DNA from: Fibrobacter sp. UBA1765
Lineage (GTDB): Bacteria > Fibrobacterota > Fibrobacteria > Fibrobacterales > Fibrobacteraceae
DNA: 64,000 nucleotides
Direction of reading: 5' to 3'
Assembly: GCA_002314675.1 (NCBI GenBank)
Contig: DCGZ01000157.1
Coordinates: forward strand, 177-64,176
Shown: piece after piece, positions 35,382-43,149 of the stretch
Position numbering within the stretch: position 1 is the stretch's first letter
How the letters are laid out: every line of letters begins with the position of its first letter
The notes under the pieces: model-generated
The model's input: the letters and a program-made list of their open reading frames with translations, nothing else
The model's database searches: none
What the model was told of the DNA's origin: nothing
Translations under genes and position numbers: made by a program

Positions 35382-36326
35382 ATGTCTATTATAAAATGTT
35401 GCAAGCAATTTTCTTGCATCTTGCATCTGCATCTTGCATCTAGAGTTTTTCTGTTTTCTGTTTTCTGTCTTCTGTCCTCTGTCAATGCCTTCGATGTTAG
35501 CGTGAATGCGTCTGTAAGTGCATCGCAGGTGTACATTGGCGATATCTTTACTTACCAGGTGGAAGTTACAGCACCAAAGGGCGCTTCTGTAGAATTGCCA
35601 AGTTTTGTAGGGAACCTTGGAAGCTTTGAAGTGCGTGATTGGAATACTTCGGAGACTCCGGCTGGTGAAACTTCTAAAACTATATGGACTGCGACGCTAA
35701 ATACTTTTGTGAGTGGAGATTTTGCACTTGCTCCGCAGCAAGTTGTTGTTGTGTATGATGGCGATTCTGTGCAGACTGTTACCGACCCGGTGCCTGTTCG
35801 TGTTTCGATGCGCACGACAGATGCGGATGTCGACATATTAGAAATCGAGGAACCGATGGAAATGCCGGGTACTCCATGGTATGTTTATGTACTGATTGCG
35901 CTTGGCATTTTGTTAGTTGCTGGACTTGTGTATTTTGCAATCAGGAATTGGAAGCGAACTGAAGTTGTGCGTATATTGCCACCGTATGAAGAAGCAGTTT
36001 TTGCTCTAAAAAAATTGAAGGATGGGAACCTTTCTGCAAACGACCAGGCGGCATTCTTTATGGAATTAGGCGTTGTTGTGCGCCGTTATGTGGAACGCAG
36101 GTTTGGAACGGATATTTTGGATGCGACGACTGCAGAACTTAAAAAGCGCATGGCGCATGTTCATGGTTTGCCAGAAGCGTTTAAGGCAGGAGTTGTAAGC
36201 CTTGCCGAAGAAACTGAACCTGTAAAGTTTGCAAAGATGAAACTTGGTGATGACAGGGTTGAGCATTGGATGAATTTTGCAGAAGAAATGGTGGAGAAGA
36301 CGAAGCCAACTGATCAGGAAAAGTAG
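35382..36326 (+). CDS. BatD-like / DUF4381-like single-pass membrane protein
   Basis: Signal-like RVFLFSVFCLLSSVNA, Ig-like IGDIFTYQVEVTAPKG, a TM helix (YVYVLIALGILLVAGLVYFAI) and a helical tail. Start is uncertain (ATG at 35331 or 35382). Confidence 0.6.
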   Translation: MSIIKCCKQFSCILHLHLASRVFLFSVFCLLSSVNAFDVSVNASVSASQVYIGDIFTYQVEVTAPKGASVELPSFVGNLGSFEVRDWNTSETPAGETSKTIWTATLNTFVSGDFALAPQQVVVVYDGDSVQTVTDPVPVRVSMRTTDADVDILEIEEPMEMPGTPWYVYVLIALGILLVAGLVYFAIRNWKRTEVVRILPPYEEAVFALKKLKDGNLSANDQAAFFMELGVVVRRYVERRFGTDILDATTAELKKRMAHVHGLPEAFKAGVVSLAEETEPVKFAKMKLGDDRVEHWMNFAEEMVEKTKPTDQEK

Positions 36327-36760
36327 TCTGTTGCTGTCGGCAGTCGGCTGAAATTGTAGTGATAAAGAGGTTTTTAATGGCGGGTTATCAAGATTTGGTT
36401 GTGTGGCAAAAGGCAATGGATGTTGTTGTTTTGGTTTATGAATTGACTGCAAAATTTCCGAAAGATGAAATTTTTGGATTAGTTTCTCAAATGAGGCGTG
36501 CCGCAGTGTCAATAGCAAGTAATATCGCAGAAGGTCAGGGCCGTAGAACGCAGAATGAGTTTAACCACTTTTTGGGTATTGCGAATGGTTCTAAAGCTGA
36601 GTTAGAAACGCAACTGCAATTATGTGAAAGAATTAAATATGTGGTGCGTGAAGATATTGAATTAGTGCTTAATTTATTGGATGATATTGGAAGGATGATT
36701 TATGGATTGCAAGGTAAATTACGTTAAATATTCAGCCGACAGCAACAGCCGACAGCAAAC
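36327..36760 (+). mobile_element. IVS-like cassette 2: four-helix-bundle gene bracketed by inverted repeats
   Basis: Left arm 36327-36352 and right arm 36731-36760 share complementary blocks ttcagccgac (10 nt) and gccgacagcaa (11 nt), separated by a 7-nt bulge on the right arm. Confidence 0.5.
36377..36727 (+). CDS. four-helix-bundle protein (23S rRNA intervening-sequence protein / Avd-like family)
   Basis: VVWQKAMDVVVLVYELTAKFPKDEIFGLVSQMRRAAVSIASNIAEGQGR...GSKAELETQL. RBS aaagagg. Confidence 0.85.
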   Translation: MAGYQDLVVWQKAMDVVVLVYELTAKFPKDEIFGLVSQMRRAAVSIASNIAEGQGRRTQNEFNHFLGIANGSKAELETQLQLCERIKYVVREDIELVLNLLDDIGRMIYGLQGKLR

Positions 36761-36772
36761 AAGGAAACTGTT

Positions 36773-37867
36773 ATGGATATTCTAGGTTACCATTTGCAGA
36801 ATCCGGAGGCGCTGTTTTTGCTTGCGCTTGTTCCGGTGCTTATTGCGGAATATGTATACCGCATGAAAAAACGCAAGAGCACGGTGAAGTTCCCGGCGCT
36901 TGCCATTGCAAAACGCGCAAAGCCGAGTGCCCGCGTTAAGTTTAGGCATATTGTACCGTTACTACGTTTGTTAGCTCTGTGCTGTTTTGTCGTGGCGCTT
37001 GCACGCCCCCAGAGCGCAACTGAAGTGGAATACACGTCTACTGATGGCGTAGACATTATGCTTGCGCTTGATGTATCTGGTTCCATGTCTACGCTTGATA
37101 TGCTCACGAAGGGTGATCGCATAAAGCTTGGTGTGATGAATGCAGACAAGGTGTATCGCTCGGGTGAATTCTGGAAGTTTAGCCGTTTAGGCTATGCAAA
37201 GGGCGTGATTGCGGACTTTATACAAAAGCGTGAAAGTGACCGTATTGGACTTTCTGTTTTTGCAGGTCGCAGTTTTACGCAGTGCCCGCTTACTTTGGAT
37301 TATGGTTCATTGCTTGAAATTTTGACTGCGGTTGATGATTCTTCTGCAACAGGAAACGGCACGGCGATTGGCGATGGCCTTATGAATTCCCTTGCTCGCC
37401 TAGAAAAGTCTGAAGCTAAATCACGTGTGGTTGTGCTTTTGACTGATGGTCGTGACAATGCTAGCCTTGTGCCACCGATGCAAGCGGCAGAAGTTGCAAA
37501 GACGCTTGGCGTTAAGGTGTATACAGTTGGCGTGGGTAAAAAGAACGGCGAAGTTCTTGCGTTCCAGCAGAATCCGTGGACAGGCGAAATTTCTTGGGGA
37601 GAACGAGAGATTCTTCCGGAAGAGGGCATTGATGAAAATATTTTGCGTGGGATTTCTGAAAAGACGGGTGGACGTTTTTACAGGGCCGAGAACAAGGAAC
37701 AGCTTGAAAACATTTACGAAGAAATCAATAATTTGGAAAAAACTGAAATTCATACTATTGCATACGCACGTTATGCTGAGAAATTTTACCCATGGCTGCT
37801 TGCTGGCGCTTTGCTGATTCTTGCGGAATTGCTGCTTGCCAATACCAAGTTTGTGAGAATTCCGTAG
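36773..37867 (+). CDS. batA: BatA-type VWA-domain membrane protein
   Basis: N-terminal BatA-like TM segment, MIDAS LALDVSGSMS, VVLLTDGRDN and a C-terminal TM. Confidence 0.85.
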   Translation: MDILGYHLQNPEALFLLALVPVLIAEYVYRMKKRKSTVKFPALAIAKRAKPSARVKFRHIVPLLRLLALCCFVVALARPQSATEVEYTSTDGVDIMLALDVSGSMSTLDMLTKGDRIKLGVMNADKVYRSGEFWKFSRLGYAKGVIADFIQKRESDRIGLSVFAGRSFTQCPLTLDYGSLLEILTAVDDSSATGNGTAIGDGLMNSLARLEKSEAKSRVVVLLTDGRDNASLVPPMQAAEVAKTLGVKVYTVGVGKKNGEVLAFQQNPWTGEISWGEREILPEEGIDENILRGISEKTGGRFYRAENKEQLENIYEEINNLEKTEIHTIAYARYAEKFYPWLLAGALLILAELLLANTKFVRIP

Positions 37868-37922
37868 TGAGAGGCAAGACGCAAGATCAAGACGCAAAAA
37901 TGAAATTTAAGAGTTGTATAAT

Positions 37923-38951
37923 ATGAGATTTGCAGAACCGATGTTTTTGTGGGGACTTTTTTCACTCCCTCTTTTAGCTTTACTTTTTTGGTATTCTTAC
38001 CATCGTAGAAAAAAGCTTGCTGAAAGGTTTGTTTCGCTTTCGATGCTTCCGAAAGTGGCTACGAGTCTTTCTCCTTGGCGTCGCTTGATAAAGTCTACGT
38101 TGCTTTTATTTGCTGTCGCATTCCTATTTGTTGCCCTTGCAAGGCCGCAATGGGGCATGGTCATGGAGCATGTGGAACGCAAGGGGCTTGACCTTGTTCT
38201 TTTACAGGATATTTCGCTTTCAATGCTTGCAGAAGATGTGAAGCCGAGCAGGCTTGTGCGTTCTAAACATGAAATTTCGGCCTTCCTTGAAAACTTGAGT
38301 GGAGACCGAGTCGGTCTTGTTGCGTTCAGTGGCGAGGCGAAGGTAATGGTGCCCTTGACACTTGACTATGGTACCGTGCAGACTATGCTTTCTGAATTGA
38401 ATCCGGGTTGGCTTATGCCGGGAACGAATCTTGAAAATGCAATTAGGGCTGGTATGCGCATGTTCAAGAATTCAGGAGCTGCCTCAAAATATTCTGTGAT
38501 GATCCTGATGAGCGATGGCGAAGAACTTGAAGCTTCTGCTGTTGCCGCTGCAAGGGAAGCTGCCGAAATGGGAATCAAGATTTACACAATTGGAATTGGT
38601 TCGCTTGATGGCGTTCCTATTCCGGTTCCATCAAGAAACGGAGACGTGCTTTACAAGAAGGATCGCCAAGGGAACATTGTGACAACGCATTTGGAAGAAC
38701 GTACCTTGCAAGATATTGCAAATGCAACTGGTGCTGCATACTTCCATGCTTCTCCAAGTGAATTCCAGCTGCAGAAAGTGCTTGAAGAAATTGCTTCCTT
38801 AGAAAAGAAGGAACATTCAAGCGACATGGCAGAAGGCTATAAGGATCGTTACCAGATTTTTCTTGCCATCGCAGCGTTACTTTTTTTGGCCGAGGCAGTT
38901 GTTTCTGAAAGAGGACGCAAGCGCAAGTTGTTGAACGGGAGGTTTTCGTGA
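37923..38951 (+). CDS. batB: BatB-type VWA-domain membrane protein
   Basis: N-terminal TM, VWA core (LLQDISLSM, LMSDGEE, IYTIGIG) and a C-terminal TM. First ATG is at 37923. Confidence 0.8.
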   Translation: MRFAEPMFLWGLFSLPLLALLFWYSYHRRKKLAERFVSLSMLPKVATSLSPWRRLIKSTLLLFAVAFLFVALARPQWGMVMEHVERKGLDLVLLQDISLSMLAEDVKPSRLVRSKHEISAFLENLSGDRVGLVAFSGEAKVMVPLTLDYGTVQTMLSELNPGWLMPGTNLENAIRAGMRMFKNSGAASKYSVMILMSDGEELEASAVAAAREAAEMGIKIYTIGIGSLDGVPIPVPSRNGDVLYKKDRQGNIVTTHLEERTLQDIANATGAAYFHASPSEFQLQKVLEEIASLEKKEHSSDMAEGYKDRYQIFLAIAALLFLAEAVVSERGRKRKLLNGRFS

Positions 38952-39712
38952 TGAGACGAGAGAATCGAATGCTGAAACATACGATTGCCTGTTTTCTGTT
39001 ATCTGTTTTCTTATTTCTGCCTAGTGCGTTTGCAGATGCAGTGAAGGATGGCAATAAGCTTTTTGCAGGTGCTGATTATGCAGGGGCTCTTGAAAAGTAC
39101 CAGAAGGCCCGTGAAGCAGACCCGGCTAACCCTATTTTGTTCTACAACATAGGAACATGCCAATATATGCTTGGAAATTACGATGAGGCCGCAAAGGAAT
39201 TGCAGAGTGCCGTAAGGATGCCAGATTCTTTGCTTGCTGCAAAGGCTGCCTACAATTTGGCAAATACGCATTTTAGAGCAGGCGAAAAACTAGAACCGGC
39301 ACAGAAAATTCAAAAGTTCAGAGAGTCGCTTGCTTATTTGAAGCGTGCCGTAGAACTTGCCCCGGATTTTGAAAAGGCAAAAAAGAACGCCGAAATTGTG
39401 CAGCGCCGTTTGAAGGAGGCGCTTGATGAACAGAAGGAACAAAATCAGGATAATCAAAACCAGGATCAGAAACAGCCAGAAATGAGCGATGCCGCAAAGG
39501 CGGCTCTTGCCCGTGCAGAACAGCTGTGCAAGCAAGGCGAATATGATGCTACAAAGCAGGTTCTGGAAAAGATTATAGCTGAAGATGAAACAGCTTCCCA
39601 GTTGAATTCGTATCTCCAACGCATAGAGGATATTATCGATATACAGGCTGGCCGTAAGCCAAAGGCAAAGATCGATGCCTCGAATGCCGATAATGATTTG
39701 GAGGTGATATGA
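38951..39712 (+). CDS. batC: BatC-like TPR protein
   Basis: Signal peptide ...CFLLSVFLFLPSAFA, TPR repeats and a Q/E-rich segment. TGATG overlap with batB. Alternative start ATG 38969. Confidence 0.7.
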   Translation: MRRENRMLKHTIACFLLSVFLFLPSAFADAVKDGNKLFAGADYAGALEKYQKAREADPANPILFYNIGTCQYMLGNYDEAAKELQSAVRMPDSLLAAKAAYNLANTHFRAGEKLEPAQKIQKFRESLAYLKRAVELAPDFEKAKKNAEIVQRRLKEALDEQKEQNQDNQNQDQKQPEMSDAAKAALARAEQLCKQGEYDATKQVLEKIIAEDETASQLNSYLQRIEDIIDIQAGRKPKAKIDASNADNDLEVI

Positions 39713-39717
39713 TTAGA

Positions 39718-39745
39718 GACGAAAGACGAAAGACGAAAGATGAAA
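39718..39745. repeat. heptamer tandem repeat (gacgaaa x3 + gatgaaa)
   Basis: Read directly after the batC stop. Followed by aggagtcag x2 at 39759-39778. Confidence 0.8.
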
Positions 39746-39792
39746 GGTATAGGAATAGGAGTCAGTTACAGGAGTCAGGAACTGAAAATTGC

Positions 39793-40491
39793 ATGGCTCA
39801 GAAAATTGTGTTTCTGATATTGTTGCTTGCGGTGTGTGCTTTTGCCTCGCCTAAGGCTAAGACTGCGTCTGCGTACTATGGCGATGCCGCGTACCTGTAT
39901 TTTCAGAATAGATTGCCCTCTGCAGAAATCGCTTGTGATGAAGGTCTTGAGAAGTATCCGAATGATTCTAAACTGCAAAATTTAAAGGCTAGAATCCAGG
40001 AAGCCAAGGATGAACAGCAAAAGCAGAATGAACAGAATAATCCTAATGGTCAAAATAACCAGGACCAAAATAAGGATCAGAACAAGGACGAAAACCAGGA
40101 CAAGAACAATCAAGACAAGCAGGACGAAAATCAGCAGAACAAGGGCGATTCCAGTTCCAGCGGCAGTGATGAAAATCAGCAGGATCAGGGCCAAAATGGA
40201 GAATCTTCAAGTTCTTCTGAGGGTGGCGAAAATCAGCAGAATCAGAATGGCTCTGGTGAAAGTTCTTCTAGCGACATGTCTTCTAGCTCAAATGGCGAAG
40301 GTGAAAATCAGGAACAGGGTGGGCAAGAAAACCAGCAGGAAAATGCCGATGAGCCAAGGGATCCTGAAGATCCAAATGCCATGTCTAGGGAACAGGCATC
40401 TCAGCTATTGAAGGATTTCGATGAACAGAATGGTGAGCGAAAGCCGTGGAAACCGGCACGAGGTCAGGTTTACCCGGAAAAGGACTGGTAA
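39793..40491 (+). CDS. secreted TPR-like protein with long Gln/Asn/Asp/Ser low-complexity region (Bat operon tail gene)
   Basis: Signal peptide MAQKIVFLILLLAVCAFA. About 130 aa of NQD/QNK/SSS low complexity. Conserved-looking C-terminus MSREQASQLLKDFDEQ. Confidence 0.6.
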   Translation: MAQKIVFLILLLAVCAFASPKAKTASAYYGDAAYLYFQNRLPSAEIACDEGLEKYPNDSKLQNLKARIQEAKDEQQKQNEQNNPNGQNNQDQNKDQNKDENQDKNNQDKQDENQQNKGDSSSSGSDENQQDQGQNGESSSSSEGGENQQNQNGSGESSSSDMSSSSNGEGENQEQGGQENQQENADEPRDPEDPNAMSREQASQLLKDFDEQNGERKPWKPARGQVYPEKDW

Positions 40492-40578
40492 AAAAGGAAT
40501 CTTGAAAATATTTGAAAAAAGGCTGGGCTTTAGTGTCCATGCCTTTTTTGTTTGCTTAATATTATTAATTTGTACATT

Positions 40579-43149
40579 ATGAAGAATTTAAGAAAAAAGA
40601 TTTTGGCTCAATACATTGTCACGCTTGTCTTGACCCTTGCGGCAATTTCTGCTGTTGTTGCCTTTACATTTAATTCCTTTTTTAAGGCGACTAAAGAAGA
40701 TGTAATTACAATAGGTGAAAATGCAGTTTCTAAAAATGCAGAAATGCTTAACAGTTTTTTGCTTAAGAGTATTGACGTGTTGACCGTTACCTCGCAGATT
40801 CTTGATTACATGGTAATCAACGGGTCTTCTGCAAATGAAATTGAAAAATTGCTTCAAGATGAAAGTGAGCGCTATACGCGCTTCGTTGATCCGAATTTTA
40901 CAGGTATTTATGGCGTTTTTAAAGGCAAGTATATTGACGGCTCCGGCTGGGTTCCTGAAGCTGGCTATGTTCCAGAAGATCGCCCCTGGTATAAGGCTGC
41001 GTTTGCTGCCGATGGACGCGTTGCTCTTGTCCCGCCTTATTTTGATGCCAAGGAACGCAAGGTTATTATTTCGGTAAGCCAGTTGCTGTCTGACAAGAAG
41101 AGTGTCGTATCTTTTGATATTATGCTTGACGTTGCCCAGAAAATGGTTGACGAAGCTGAATTTAACGGTGGTGTTGGCAAGTCGATGGTGTTTGACCATT
41201 CGGGTCTTGTGATTGCGCATGCAAATTCTGCATATAAGGGCAAGAATTTTTTTAGTACTGAATTTGCCGGTACTGAAAATTATGCCTTGCTAGATAAACT
41301 TTATAAGGCAAAGTCTAATTCTTTTGAAATGAACTTCGATAGGCAGCCTTGCCGCGTGTTTTTTGCGATTGTTCAGGATGACTGGTTTGTTGTAACCGTT
41401 GTAAATGAAACGGAACTTTTTGAAAATGTAAAGAACATTCTTTACAGGAACATTTTGCTTTCGTTGCTGTTGTTCGCGTTGCTTGGGTATTTTTGCACAG
41501 CAAGTTACCGCAACAGAATCAAGGCTCTTGAATCTAACTATGCAAAGTCGATATTCCTTGCGAATATGAGCCATGAAATTAGGACCCCGATTAACGGGAT
41601 TCTTGGAATGAACTCCATGATCTTGAAGGCTACAAAGAATGACACCCTTCATGAATGCGCTCTGAATATTCAAAGTGCCGGCCATACATTGCTTTCCATA
41701 GTAAATGACATTCTTGACATTTCAAAAATTGAATCTGGCAAGATGGAAATTTTGGCTAGTGATTACGAATTGTTCAATGTCTTGAACGATTGCTATAACA
41801 TGGTTGCCTCTAAGGCAGAAGAAAAGGCCTTGAAGTTTGAATTGAAGCTAGACCAGACTTTGCCTTCTGCGTTGTATGGCGATGAAGTCAGAATTCGCCA
41901 GGTTATAAACAACTTGCTTTCTAATGCTGTAAAGTATACGGAGCATGGCGGAATCGTTTTTAGCATGAGTTGCAAGCCGGTTAAGGCTAGCCAGGGAATT
42001 TCTGAGGGGTCGAAGGTCATACTTGTTATCAAGGTTGTTGATTCTGGACAGGGTATTCGACCAGAAGACCTGATGAAGCTCTTCAATATGTTTGAACGCA
42101 TTGATGAACGGAAAAACCGTAGCATTGAAGGTTCTGGGCTTGGTCTTAATCTTGCAAAGAACCTTGTCGAGCGTATGGATGGCGAAATTTATGTACAGAG
42201 CGATTTTGGTGCTGGTACCACCTTCACGGTAGAAATTCCTCAAATTGTTCGAAATATTACGCCACTCGGAAATTTTGCAGAACGCTATAGAAATTCTATT
42301 TTAAACAGCAAGCTTTCAAGCGATGAATTTGTTGCCCCGAATGCAAAAATTCTTGTAGTCGACGACGTTCGCATGAACTTGATGGTCGTTGAAGGCTTGC
42401 TGAAGGAAACCGGTATTCAAATAGATACTGTAACGAGCGGTGCGGAGTGCCTTGTTGCAATTCGCCATACCCGTTACGATATCATTTTCTTGGATCACAT
42501 GATGCCTGTTATGGATGGCGTAGAAACATTGCATAACATGAAGACTCTCCCTGATAATAAATGCATTGGCGTTCCAGTTGTTATGATGACTGCCAATGCG
42601 ATTATTGGTGCTAAGGAAAGTTACTTGGAAGAGGGCTTTGATGATTATCTTTCAAAGCCTGTGAGCGAAGCTGCCCTTTTGCAAATGCTTAAAAAGTATT
42701 TGGCTCCACACCTTTTGGAAACTCCCAGCAAGGTCCGTGTTACACCGATTGCAACGGCACTTTCGGTTGCCGACATGAAGACTGAAGGAGTTTCGGCTTC
42801 GAACTTGTTTATCGAAAAATTGAAAGCGGTTGGCTTAGATACACAGATGGGCCTTAACTACTGCATGAACGATGAAGATTTCTATTCCGAGATGATCGAG
42901 GAGTTTAAACATTCCGACAAGAGAGCGGAACTTGAAAAATTCCTGCTTGAAGGCGATCTGAAAAATTACCGCATTTTGATACATGCGCTAAAGAGCAATT
43001 CAAGAACGATTGGTGCCGCGGAACTTTCGAAGGCCTGTGAAGCATTGGAAAACGCATGTGTTGCTTGCGATGTTGACTATGTGAAAAACAACCATGGCGC
43101 AGCACTTGCAACTTATGCGGAATTGTTGCAAAAACTAGAAAGCGTTTAA
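40579..43149 (+). CDS. hybrid sensor histidine kinase (Cache-like sensor, HisKA, HATPase, REC, Hpt)
   Basis: Two TM helices flank a periplasmic Cache-like domain. H-box SHEIRTPING, G-boxes DSGQGI and GSGLGL, REC (VVDDVRMN, LDHMMPVMDG) and Hpt HALKSNSRTIGA. Confidence 0.9.
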   Translation: MKNLRKKILAQYIVTLVLTLAAISAVVAFTFNSFFKATKEDVITIGENAVSKNAEMLNSFLLKSIDVLTVTSQILDYMVINGSSANEIEKLLQDESERYTRFVDPNFTGIYGVFKGKYIDGSGWVPEAGYVPEDRPWYKAAFAADGRVALVPPYFDAKERKVIISVSQLLSDKKSVVSFDIMLDVAQKMVDEAEFNGGVGKSMVFDHSGLVIAHANSAYKGKNFFSTEFAGTENYALLDKLYKAKSNSFEMNFDRQPCRVFFAIVQDDWFVVTVVNETELFENVKNILYRNILLSLLLFALLGYFCTASYRNRIKALESNYAKSIFLANMSHEIRTPINGILGMNSMILKATKNDTLHECALNIQSAGHTLLSIVNDILDISKIESGKMEILASDYELFNVLNDCYNMVASKAEEKALKFELKLDQTLPSALYGDEVRIRQVINNLLSNAVKYTEHGGIVFSMSCKPVKASQGISEGSKVILVIKVVDSGQGIRPEDLMKLFNMFERIDERKNRSIEGSGLGLNLAKNLVERMDGEIYVQSDFGAGTTFTVEIPQIVRNITPLGNFAERYRNSILNSKLSSDEFVAPNAKILVVDDVRMNLMVVEGLLKETGIQIDTVTSGAECLVAIRHTRYDIIFLDHMMPVMDGVETLHNMKTLPDNKCIGVPVVMMTANAIIGAKESYLEEGFDDYLSKPVSEAALLQMLKKYLAPHLLETPSKVRVTPIATALSVADMKTEGVSASNLFIEKLKAVGLDTQMGLNYCMNDEDFYSEMIEEFKHSDKRAELEKFLLEGDLKNYRILIHALKSNSRTIGAAELSKACEALENACVACDVDYVKNNHGAALATYAELLQKLESV

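Noticed and set aside
33997-36727. Diversity-generating retroelement, because the four-helix-bundle proteins are Avd-like
   Set aside because: I saw no reverse transcriptase ORF and no template/variable repeat pair with adenine-specific differences anywhere in the window.
39982-40411. ORFs 40010-40411 (+) and 39982-40194 (-) in the Q/N/D-rich region
   Set aside because: They are alternative-frame and opposite-strand artefacts of the periodic low-complexity DNA. Their products are pure low-complexity (KTRTR / LVLIL) without start signals.
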